From Alphaproteobacteria bacterium (GTDB taxonomy: Bacteria > Pseudomonadota > Alphaproteobacteria > UBA7887), in NCBI GenBank assembly GCA_965216755.1, contig CBDCGL010000011.1:2560001-2624000 (forward strand): a stretch of DNA of 64,000 nt, read 5' to 3'. The notes beneath the pieces were generated by a model. That model was not told the origin of the DNA. It saw only the letters and a program-made list of their open reading frames with translations, and searched no databases. The position numbers and the translations under genes are program-made. This document shows, piece by piece, positions 1 through 8,126 of the stretch. Positions within the stretch are counted from its first letter, which is position 1. Each line of letters begins with the position of its first letter.

Positions 1-119
1 TCGATCCGATCCGCCCCCAATACCGCATTACAGATGTATGGCGATCTGGTGATCCGGCCACCCGAAACATCTCAACATATTGCTAATACATAATAATTTG
101 TGTTTTCCGCTGAATTTGC

Positions 120-1259
120 TCAGGCCGATGCGGCGCCTCTCTCTCGTTGGTTCGACCAGGCGATCCGACCGGCGAGCTCGCGGCTCAGATTGAGCAAGAC
201 CTTGGCCGCAATCTCTGGTTCGGCTCGTATGAAGCGCTCCAAGAAATCGCCCGACAGCACCAGCGCCTCGCCTTCGGTTTGCGCGATGACGTTGGCGGTT
301 CTTGGCACCGCGGTTAAAAACGCGATTTCGCCGAAAGTATCGCCAGCGCCGTAGACCGCCAATGGTGGCCCGTCATCATCGCCCAGTCTCACCTCAGCAA
401 GGCCCTTCAGCAAAACATACACCGTATTGTCACGTTCGCCTTGCCGGATTAGCCGATCGCCGGGTCGCACATTCATGATCGTCGCCTTATCCAGGAAACG
501 CGCCGCTTCGTCCTGGGTCAGACCACGCAGTAGGGCAACGGCATGCAGCGGATCATGAGCAACCCGTTCGGCGAGCAAATCAAAAAACACGTCCTCGCCA
601 ATCAGACCAGCGCTCTGCAACTTGACATAGTCTGGATAGGTGCGCTCGAACCAAGCCCGCGCGGGTGGGTCGATCCGGTGTTCGGGCAAGACCGTGGCCA
701 AGGGCGAACGGACAGTCTTGAAATAGCCAAGGTCGCCAATCAGCATCAAAATCGGCACTTTGTAGCCAAATGCCGTGTCGTTATAGCCGCGCGTGTAACG
801 GCGGTAGCCGAGCTGCTCATAGAAGGGCAGCAAGTGTGGGCTGCAGTCGCCGAAATTAGTTCGAATGCCGCGCGCGAGAGCGGTCAGAAACGCTTCGCGC
901 ACCAGCTGAAAGATCGCCATTGAATTGCGCTTATGCGGCGCAATGATAAATCGACTAGAGGTCACGACGGCGCTGGCTCCGAATTCGGCCATGGCCGGAC
1001 CCATTTCAAACGCATTGATCAGCGGCGCCGGATCGCGGACGTGATCCATCAGGATCAGACGCAGCGAGCCAACCACGTCGTCGCCCTCGAAAACCGCAAA
1101 CGACAACGACTGGTCGTCATATTGGTCGCGAAGCCAACGGTTTTCGTGGTCGGCCTGCGCCGTCAAGCCCAGCTCTTCCACATAGACCTGATAGCGAAAC
1201 CGATAAATAGCCTCGCGTTCGGCCTCGGACTCGACAACACGAACGACGGTCTTCGCCAT
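120..1259 (-). CDS. FeeM/LuxI-like GNAT acyltransferase fused to a C-terminal cyclic-nucleotide-binding domain
   Basis: N-terminal 'EREAIYRFRYQVYVEE...LRDQYD...VVGSLRL...SSRFII' is typical of N-acyl amino acid/AHL synthase-type GNATs. C-terminal 'LIRQGE...VYVLLKG...FGEIAFLTAVPRTANV' is an intact cNMP phosphate-binding cassette. Confidence 0.8.
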   Translation of the reverse strand: MAKTVVRVVESEAEREAIYRFRYQVYVEELGLTAQADHENRWLRDQYDDQSLSFAVFEGDDVVGSLRLILMDHVRDPAPLINAFEMGPAMAEFGASAVVTSSRFIIAPHKRNSMAIFQLVREAFLTALARGIRTNFGDCSPHLLPFYEQLGYRRYTRGYNDTAFGYKVPILMLIGDLGYFKTVRSPLATVLPEHRIDPPARAWFERTYPDYVKLQSAGLIGEDVFFDLLAERVAHDPLHAVALLRGLTQDEAARFLDKATIMNVRPGDRLIRQGERDNTVYVLLKGLAEVRLGDDDGPPLAVYGAGDTFGEIAFLTAVPRTANVIAQTEGEALVLSGDFLERFIRAEPEIAAKVLLNLSRELAGRIAWSNQRERGAASA

Positions 1260-1900
1260 TACGGCCTCTGGGTCGCTTCACGCAGCATGCGCGGGTAGAT
1301 ATCCGCCATCACATCCGCAACATGATGCACGTCGGCCAAGTCCTGGCCCACAATGTGCGCCTCGATCTGCTCAATAATGTCCTTGGTGTGGTCTTGATCG
1401 GCTTCACCATGACCAGCCAAAAAACGAACCCCATCGGGCAACGCCAGTCCTTTGCCGACTTGTTCGGCGATCAAATGACCCAAGTCCTCACCCATCGCTT
1501 CCAGTACGAACAACCAACCAAACAGTCCGACCGGATTGGCATAGGTCGCGGTGTAATACTCGTATCCGATCATGGCCGCGCAGGCCGGCACGGGCCGGGT
1601 CGCGGCGACATCGTCACGTGAGACACCCAGCGCCGCCAAGTCACCGAGAGCCCACTCATCGTGCCCAAGTTCCTCGCGGGCATGGTGAAGCAGGTAATCC
1701 GCGACCGGTGGATTGCGCCCGACCGCGCGCGCGCCGGCGATGCCGATCACGATGGCGCTGTGCTGGGCGTAGTGCCAGACATTGGTCAGATAGCGCACAT
1801 AGACATCGCGGTCCGCCTTGCCTGCAATCAGGTCTTGGACAGCGCCGATTTGTACAATGTCGTCGCGCACCGCTCGGCGAAGTTGCGCCAAATACTCCAT
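1259..1900 (-). CDS. Heme-oxygenase-like diiron (iron-containing redox, TenA/PqqC/CADD-like) enzyme
   Basis: 'HAREELGH', 'VLE', 'FLAGHGEADQDH' metal-ligand pattern. Stop overlaps the GNAT start (TAATG). Start at 1900 (MEYLAQ) is chosen; the ORF is open to 1957. Confidence 0.75.
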   Translation of the reverse strand: MEYLAQLRRAVRDDIVQIGAVQDLIAGKADRDVYVRYLTNVWHYAQHSAIVIGIAGARAVGRNPPVADYLLHHAREELGHDEWALGDLAALGVSRDDVAATRPVPACAAMIGYEYYTATYANPVGLFGWLFVLEAMGEDLGHLIAEQVGKGLALPDGVRFLAGHGEADQDHTKDIIEQIEAHIVGQDLADVHHVADVMADIYPRMLREATQRP

Positions 1901-2031
1901 AAGACAAGCTCTTATCTCTGTGGCGCTGTTTGCCCAAGACATGCGCCCAAACACCAATTTTGGCGGAAATCTTAGCCGCCCGCACCGACATTGAGCAAAT
2001 GCCAGCTTGACCGCGCACGCAAGCGCGGCCG

Positions 2032-4074
2032 CTAGGCGCCAGTCGCGAGATTGTAGCTCCCATCCCAGTCCGAGGGCGGCGGATTTGCTGCGCGTTCCGC
2101 GGCACGCCGTGTCATGACCTGAGAGGGCCCGTCAATTTCTGCCAAAGCGCGCCACGCGCTTGCGGCACGCGCGAAATCGCCGGTCCGATAGATGTTGAGC
2201 GCGTTTTCATAGGCCGCCACGGTATGCCGCTGGGCGGCGGTCGCAGTCTCGTTATCGGCGATAATCTCAAATATCGTCAAGGGCGCGTCGATTCCCTTTA
2301 CCCGTACATGATCCAATTCACGCAACAAGAAATGATCGCGTATGGCGTCGGCCGTCGGCGCCCCGGCAACGACATTGCATCGATACAAGCCGGGCAGCGC
2401 TTCCAGCCGCGCCGCGACATTGACCATGGCGCCGATGGCCGTGTAGTTGAATCGCTTCTCATAACCGACATTGCCAACAATGGCATCGCCAGAGTGGATC
2501 GCGACTTTGATGCTGAAAGCATGTTCGCCGGCACGCTTGTCGCGTTCCTGCGTCACGGCCACTTGTTCGGTGATGCGCAGGGCCGCCGCCGCCGCGTCCA
2601 TGGCATGGTCGGCGTTCGGCAGCGGCGCGCCCCAAATCGCCATGACTGCGTCGCCGATGAACTTGTCGACATAGCCGTTCGCGCGATCGACTTCGCGGGC
2701 GACGATGCCGATATAGCGGTTGGTCAGTGCGACCAATTGGCTCGCCGGTATCCGCCGCGACAGTGCGGTGAATCCCGACAGATCGGCAAACATCACGGTC
2801 AAATCATGGTTCGCGCCCCCGAGCGTCAATGGCGTACCGCTATCGGCCAAGCGCGCGACCAAGACCGGCGAAAGATAGCGCCCGAAAGCCTGTTGCACGC
2901 GCCGGCGACGCCGATCTTCGAGCAAATAGCGGATCAAATAGGCGAGCGCCAGAGCGGCGGCAACCGCTATCATCGGGACCCCGGCCGGGAACCATATCTG
3001 CCAATCCAAAAGGACGATTTCACCCAGCCACAATCCGGCCAACGCCACCAGTCCGGCGGCGACCGCAAGCCACGGTACAAGCGTAAGACCAATGGTCGCA
3101 CCAATTGCCCCGGCCGCCGCGCCAATAGCGGCCCGCCATAGCGGCGCGATCAGTTCTGTGACGCGGCCGCGCAACACGGTATCGACGGCAACGGCATGCA
3201 AAAAAACGCCGGGCACGGCCGTACTGGCAAATCCCGGTCGCCAAGCACGCTGAGTGTCCCCATTGGATCGCGGCAAGAAACGGGCTGACGTGATCTTCTG
3301 GTCTTCCTCGGGCAGAGCACCACCGACAAAGACCACCTTGCCGGCAAATGCGTTGCGCAAGGTCTCGGGCGCCGACCGGCCCAACTGAAGAACATCGATC
3401 AGCGGAAAAGTCGGCAGTGATTCCGGGTGAAGATCGGGCGCGAGCAAGACCGGTGTCCGCCAGCGGTCATGTCCCAGGCGCGCCAACACCGCCCCCATGA
3501 GCGAGGCATACCAGTGCTCTTGCACTTCGAATCCTGCCGGTACCCAACGATAGACGCCGTCGTCGTCGGGCCGGACTTCGAGCAAGCCAAGCGCCGCCGG
3601 ATCGTTGCGCAAGGCCGCAATAAAGGGCGCTGCCGGGTTGGTCCGCACCGAACGGCCGAGGACCAAACGGTCCTTGTTCCGCGCCAACGCGGCGACAAAA
3701 TCGCGGTCAGCGTCGCGCTGGAAGGCGTTGCGCGAATAGGCGAGCAACATATCGAAGGCGACAACACGTGCGCCCGCATCGATCAATGTCGTAATCAGTT
3801 GCGCCCAATAGATTCCATAGAACGCACGCGGCCAGCGCGCCATTTCCGGATGTTCCAACGTGGTCGAATCGACAACCACGATCGCGACATCACTCTGCGA
3901 CCGATCTGCGCGTGCGGCACCGGTGGCGCTGTGCACAGCCAACGCGGTATCGAATAGCCAGCCGTCGACGACGGTCAAACCTTCAGATGTCAATGCGGCA
4001 AGGCCGGCAAGGCCCGCACAAAGAACCACGCTCGCGCGTATCACATATTTTCGGATGTTAGCGACCGGCCGCAC
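2032..4074 (-). CDS. CHASE2-domain class III adenylate cyclase
   Basis: Signal/TM, CHASE2 ('RWPRAFY','VAFDMLL','DDDGVYR','GKVVFVG','PGVFLHA'), three TM helices, then cyclase motifs 'VMFADLSGFT','DKFIGDAVMAIWGAP','YTAIG..VNVAARLE', and a TPR-like tail. Confidence 0.92.
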   Translation of the reverse strand: MRPVANIRKYVIRASVVLCAGLAGLAALTSEGLTVVDGWLFDTALAVHSATGAARADRSQSDVAIVVVDSTTLEHPEMARWPRAFYGIYWAQLITTLIDAGARVVAFDMLLAYSRNAFQRDADRDFVAALARNKDRLVLGRSVRTNPAAPFIAALRNDPAALGLLEVRPDDDGVYRWVPAGFEVQEHWYASLMGAVLARLGHDRWRTPVLLAPDLHPESLPTFPLIDVLQLGRSAPETLRNAFAGKVVFVGGALPEEDQKITSARFLPRSNGDTQRAWRPGFASTAVPGVFLHAVAVDTVLRGRVTELIAPLWRAAIGAAAGAIGATIGLTLVPWLAVAAGLVALAGLWLGEIVLLDWQIWFPAGVPMIAVAAALALAYLIRYLLEDRRRRRVQQAFGRYLSPVLVARLADSGTPLTLGGANHDLTVMFADLSGFTALSRRIPASQLVALTNRYIGIVAREVDRANGYVDKFIGDAVMAIWGAPLPNADHAMDAAAAALRITEQVAVTQERDKRAGEHAFSIKVAIHSGDAIVGNVGYEKRFNYTAIGAMVNVAARLEALPGLYRCNVVAGAPTADAIRDHFLLRELDHVRVKGIDAPLTIFEIIADNETATAAQRHTVAAYENALNIYRTGDFARAASAWRALAEIDGPSQVMTRRAAERAANPPPSDWDGSYNLATGA

Positions 4075-4117
4075 GTCCCATCGCCGCTGCTAAGCTCTCT
4101 TCACCACGCTTTGTGGA

Positions 4118-4774
4118 TCAATCAATCCGGATCAATGTCATGGCCTTGCCCCGCGCCCGGGTCAAGACATCCAAATCGACCCGTCCCACACTTTCGCCGG
4201 ACATGGCCAAGAGTTCCAAAGTCAACGTGGCGTCGTCGCCGAGCTCTTCAATATCTTGCGGCCATGTGAACCGGCGGTCTTCGACCGCGCCTTCATAGAT
4301 AACGCGATCATCACGCAGCACGCGTGCCTGCGCCACGGCGCCGCCCTTGGATCCGGCCATGACCAACGTCGAAGCGCTGCCAAGGCGGACCTTCACAGCA
4401 TTGCCCAAATCGCGGACCAACACCCCGCCGATCCCCGTGCCTTCGGACAACGCGATGGTTTGCGGACAATCTGCGCGTCGAACATCGACAATTTGACCCT
4501 GCTGCACGGTGTAACTCTGCGCGCTGAAATGGAGGCGCCCGCCCGTGACCACGACTTCCTTGCAAGTTGGATAATGGAGAAACTCGACCGTACCCGCATC
4601 CGCCAGCTCAACGGCATCGCCTGGCCACAGTTCCGAGAACGGTTCGACCTCGGCGCCACTGGTCGCGTCCAATGCCAAGGCGACGGCCGAGTCGGCGTGG
4701 GCGCGCAATGTCGGCGCCACGACAACACAGAGGCTGGCCAATAACAACAAGCGCGTCATGCGGTAGCACGTCAT
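4118..4774 (-). CDS. Secreted hypothetical protein (putative periplasmic partner of the CHASE2 cyclase)
   Basis: Signal peptide 'LLLLASLCVVVAPTLRAHA', two Cys in the mature part, 43 bp upstream of the cyclase on the same strand. Confidence 0.7.
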   Translation of the reverse strand: MTCYRMTRLLLLASLCVVVAPTLRAHADSAVALALDATSGAEVEPFSELWPGDAVELADAGTVEFLHYPTCKEVVVTGGRLHFSAQSYTVQQGQIVDVRRADCPQTIALSEGTGIGGVLVRDLGNAVKVRLGSASTLVMAGSKGGAVAQARVLRDDRVIYEGAVEDRRFTWPQDIEELGDDATLTLELLAMSGESVGRVDLDVLTRARGKAMTLIRID

Positions 4775-4905
4775 TTCAAATCTCTCGTTGCGCGATGATG
4801 GCGCAATTCACGTGGTTTCTATGGTTTCTATGGGGCGATTGTAGCTCGCCTCATCAGTTATGTCTTGGCGTGGCAGGTGCATCCACAACCGCCCGCGCCA
4901 CGCGT

Positions 4906-5091
4906 TCAGGCGTACAACTCGTCAATCTCCACGGCCGCGCCGCAATGGCGCCGGCGGTGTACCTCTTTAAGGACATCGCTGAGCATGTCCGACACGGCGT
5001 GAAGTTGGTCTTCATCACCTGTATCCAACGCCCAATCCATCAGCGTGGCCTGCGCGTCGTCAAGCATATCAAGCGCATAAGTTTGCATCAT
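4906..5091 (-). CDS. Small acidic hypothetical protein
   Basis: AGGGG RBS before ATGATG at 5091; helical acidic composition; no family recognised. Confidence 0.5.
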   Translation of the reverse strand: MMQTYALDMLDDAQATLMDWALDTGDEDQLHAVSDMLSDVLKEVHRRRHCGAAVEIDELYA

Positions 5092-5300
5092 TCGTCCCCT
5101 GGTGTTGGATGTTTCAATCTCGTGCATCAATGTTGATGCTCACCCATAGACACGATGGACGCGCCGACCAGGGGTTACGAATTGCGACAAACCGCGCGCC
5201 GTAGGCGCGAAAACGCCATCGGCGGCGTCGATAGACGCCGCCGTGACGTTGATGGGCCGGGGGAGGTTTTGGTAGCGGTCGTGTGCCGCTCGATCGGCGC

Positions 5301-5630
5301 CTACTTGGTCAGGACGTAAGACCCACCGCACGTCTTGCCGACCGTGCGATACATACGCCGGCGCAGATCCATCTCATCCGGCGGGCTCGCAGCGCCAGCA
5401 GCGGCCACAACGGGAACAGCGACGGCACCAGTCGCCACGCAACCGGCGCCTTTGAAAACTGCGTGAACAGGCGTGCCAACCACGTCGATCACGTTTCGGG
5501 CGGTCGCCGTCGCGGAAGAACCGGAATGCGGTCGGGCCGTCGGCACGCCGGCACGGGGGGAAACACTATCGTCATGGGCGCAAGCGGCGGTGGCCAGAAC
5601 AAGCGCCAGAAGCATGAGTTGTTTGCGCAT
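5301..5630 (-). CDS. Putative small lipoprotein
   Basis: MRKQLMLLALVLATAA-C lipobox-like signal; GGAG RBS upstream. Confidence 0.65.
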   Translation of the reverse strand: MRKQLMLLALVLATAACAHDDSVSPRAGVPTARPHSGSSATATARNVIDVVGTPVHAVFKGAGCVATGAVAVPVVAAAGAASPPDEMDLRRRMYRTVGKTCGGSYVLTK

Positions 5631-5905
5631 GGGATGGGAACTCCGGTTTTCTTGATGGTTAACTCAGTCAGTCAAACGTTCGATGATGTACACGGGGCGG
5701 ATCGCGGTGTGGGGTTACGTTGACAGCAAATTCTCGCGATTCTTTTCGGATCCGGACTTAAACGAAATGGCTCCCGATGTTGCGCCCGATCACCCCGGCG
5801 CTGCCTTCGGCCGACACGAGCAATGTCGGACATTGCCACGACGGTCGGCCGAAGGTCGCTTCCCCGGGGACACGGGTCGGGCGATGCGACGAAGAAACGC
5901 GGAGA

Positions 5906-6283
5906 TTAGATCTCGCTTGCGGCCAAGGATTTGGCGACCCGCCGCTTCATGGTCTCGTAATGCTTGACCGGAAACTCAAAAATGCGCTGAAAGGCACAAC
6001 CGTTGGCATCAAACGGCACCATGATGGCTTGGCGGCGCCGTGGATCCGCGAACGTCACGATGCGCTCGACACCGTCCATTTTCGGATCTAGATACTGCAA
6101 AATGCCTTGCGTGATATCACCATTGAGAGGATCCGCCGGACGGACATGACGCCCAAACCAAAGTTTGAGGTTTTCCTGGACGACGAACGCATCGGCACAT
6201 CCGGTTTCACTTGCCGCCTCATCCGATAGCACAGCAACAGCACAGACAACGGCGGTCAATAATGTCAACAAACGTTTGGGCAT
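5906..6283 (-). CDS. Secreted hypothetical protein
   Basis: AGGAGG RBS before ATG 6283; signal peptide MPKRLLTLLTAVVCAVAVLS; two Cys in the mature part. Confidence 0.65.
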   Translation of the reverse strand: MPKRLLTLLTAVVCAVAVLSDEAASETGCADAFVVQENLKLWFGRHVRPADPLNGDITQGILQYLDPKMDGVERIVTFADPRRRQAIMVPFDANGCAFQRIFEFPVKHYETMKRRVAKSLAASEI

Positions 6284-6409
6284 TGTAACCTCCTGCATGT
6301 CCCGGGGATTTGCGGCTTTGCGTGGGGTCGTCGTTGGCACCGCTTCTGCCTATAGACACGTAGAAAGCACAGGATAAGGGTTGCCAAAAATGTGCTGCGG
6401 GATGCGGAT

Positions 6410-6442
6410 AAAAAGATCCGGTGTGTGGAAACCACACACCGG
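6410..6442 (-). terminator. Rho-independent terminator
   Basis: Perfect 11-bp stem CCGGTGTGTGG/CCACACACCGG (6418-6442), followed on the minus strand by ATCTTTTT; lies downstream of ORF 6495-6683. Confidence 0.65.
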
Positions 6443-6494
6443 CTGAGTTCGACCATCAGGGAGGTATCGAGGAGGAAAAGCGTTGGAACGGGCG

Positions 6495-6683
6495 CTAGGC
6501 GGAAGCCGTTCGAAAAATGAAAGAATTTGTCATTTTGGCCATATCGGCGTGCTTGTTTTCGCCGGTCAGGTCCGAGATCGCCCGCCGCAAACCCGCGGCA
6601 TCATCGGCATAACCCGGTGCGTTGGTGAAAATCGCGAGGCCGATAAGGGCAACAATCGTGCGGATTTTCGAATTACGTGTCAT
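6495..6683 (-). CDS. Small secreted peptide/protein (62 aa)
   Basis: Signal peptide MTRNSKIRTIVALIGLAIFTNAPGYA; followed by a terminator. Confidence 0.5.
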   Translation of the reverse strand: MTRNSKIRTIVALIGLAIFTNAPGYADDAAGLRRAISDLTGENKHADMAKMTNSFIFRTASA

Positions 6684-6758
6684 GGTCGTGGCTCGCTGGC
6701 CTTATTGTTTTGCATCTTGGTTTTTTCTTGACCGTCGCCGCGGCACCTGGAGTTTTGG

Positions 6759-8126
6759 TTGCGTGCATGCGACGTTCGCCTGTTAACACGCCGGACGGTG
6801 CGCAATGGGGTGACCAGGACACGAAAAAATCTTGAACGGCGCCGCCATGGCGGCGCGGGCAATGGCGCGCGCGGCGCACCACGCCCGCTGGCCGGTGTGA
6901 TCTTGTTATGTTGCGTCTGTGTTATGGCGCTTGGACCTGCGGCGCTGGCGCAGCGTTCTCAGCAAGATCCAAACGCGTTCGCCGATGCCGAGGCGTTGGA
7001 AGGCGCCGCCCGTGACGGCGATCCACAGGCGCTGTTTACATTGGCCGATCAGTATGAGCAGGGCTTGGGCCGTGACTTTGATCTGACGGCGGCGGCACAC
7101 TACATGGAACTCGCGGCCGAACGTGGCCACCGTGCGGCACAGTATCGCATGGCGCTGATGCTGGCGCGGGGCGTTGGCGTGACCGCCGATACGCTCGAGG
7201 CGTATCGCTGGTGCCATTTGGTCGTCGGCGATGAGACCGATGGCGACGCGGCCCGAGACGATCGTGAGCCAGATACGATCGCCCTATTGGCGCGATCACT
7301 TTGCGCAACGTTGGCGGACACACTCTCCGTGGAGGATGTTCGCGCTGCCGAAGACCAAGCATCATCATTTGTCGCGGTCACTGGCCCCGTGCCGTCTGCG
7401 CAAGCGACGGCACAGGCGGCCGCCGACGACGATGTGGACGGCGATCCGGTGGCGCAGATTCTGGCACGGTTGCCGGCCGGGCAGTGCGGCGCCTACCAGA
7501 TCACCCAGGACGGCGACAACCGGTTTCAGCTTGCTGCGTATGCACCCAGCGCCGCGGCCAGAGACGCACTGGCGTCGGCATTTCGCGCCGAGACCGAAGC
7601 CAATGACGAGGCGATCAAAATCACGGTGCTGGCGCCCGTACTATGTGCCGTGATCGCGCTGATCGACCGACATCGGGCCACGGCACCCGTTTCCATTGGC
7701 ACCCTGTACAATGGGCGCGGGGAGGAAACCGACCTTTTCCAAGACGGCGACAGCGTCATTTTGGACATCTCACCGCGCGAGACGCCACACTATGTCGCCA
7801 TCGACTATTTGGTCGCCGATGGTGTCGCCGCGCGCCTGTATCCGCTTACATCCGAGAGTGAACACCTCCTGTCTGCCGGCGAACGACTGCGGCTGGGAGC
7901 CGAGGGGTCGCCATCAGGGGTGTGGGAGGTGGGGCCGCCATTTGGCTCTGACCTGTTGGTCATATTGGCGTCGCCCGACGCGCTGCAGCTTCGGATTCCG
8001 GCGCAAGACAGTGTCGCCGACTACACATCCACCCTTGAAAACGCGCTACGCGACAGCGGACCGAATGGGTCGTTGCTGATAGGCTATCGCGTGGTCACGA
8101 TCGAACCCGCTGGATCGACGCGATGA
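6759..8126 (+). CDS. Exported Sel1-repeat protein with C-terminal DUF4384-like domain
   Basis: Signal peptide '...VMALGPAALA'; Sel1 motifs 'GDPQALFTLADQYEQGLG','GHRAAQYRMALMLARGVG'; C-terminal 'FQDGDSVILDI...IDYLVADG...LYP...WEVGPPFGSDLLVILAS'. The true start is uncertain and probably downstream of 6759. Confidence 0.75.
   Translation: MRACDVRLLTRRTVRNGVTRTRKNLERRRHGGAGNGARGAPRPLAGVILLCCVCVMALGPAALAQRSQQDPNAFADAEALEGAARDGDPQALFTLADQYEQGLGRDFDLTAAAHYMELAAERGHRAAQYRMALMLARGVGVTADTLEAYRWCHLVVGDETDGDAARDDREPDTIALLARSLCATLADTLSVEDVRAAEDQASSFVAVTGPVPSAQATAQAAADDDVDGDPVAQILARLPAGQCGAYQITQDGDNRFQLAAYAPSAAARDALASAFRAETEANDEAIKITVLAPVLCAVIALIDRHRATAPVSIGTLYNGRGEETDLFQDGDSVILDISPRETPHYVAIDYLVADGVAARLYPLTSESEHLLSAGERLRLGAEGSPSGVWEVGPPFGSDLLVILASPDALQLRIPAQDSVADYTSTLENALRDSGPNGSLLIGYRVVTIEPAGSTR

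Noticed and set aside
3520-3545. tRNA T-loop-like 'TTCGAATCC'
   Set aside because: It lies inside the cyclase CDS with no cloverleaf; no tRNA or rRNA genes were seen in the window.
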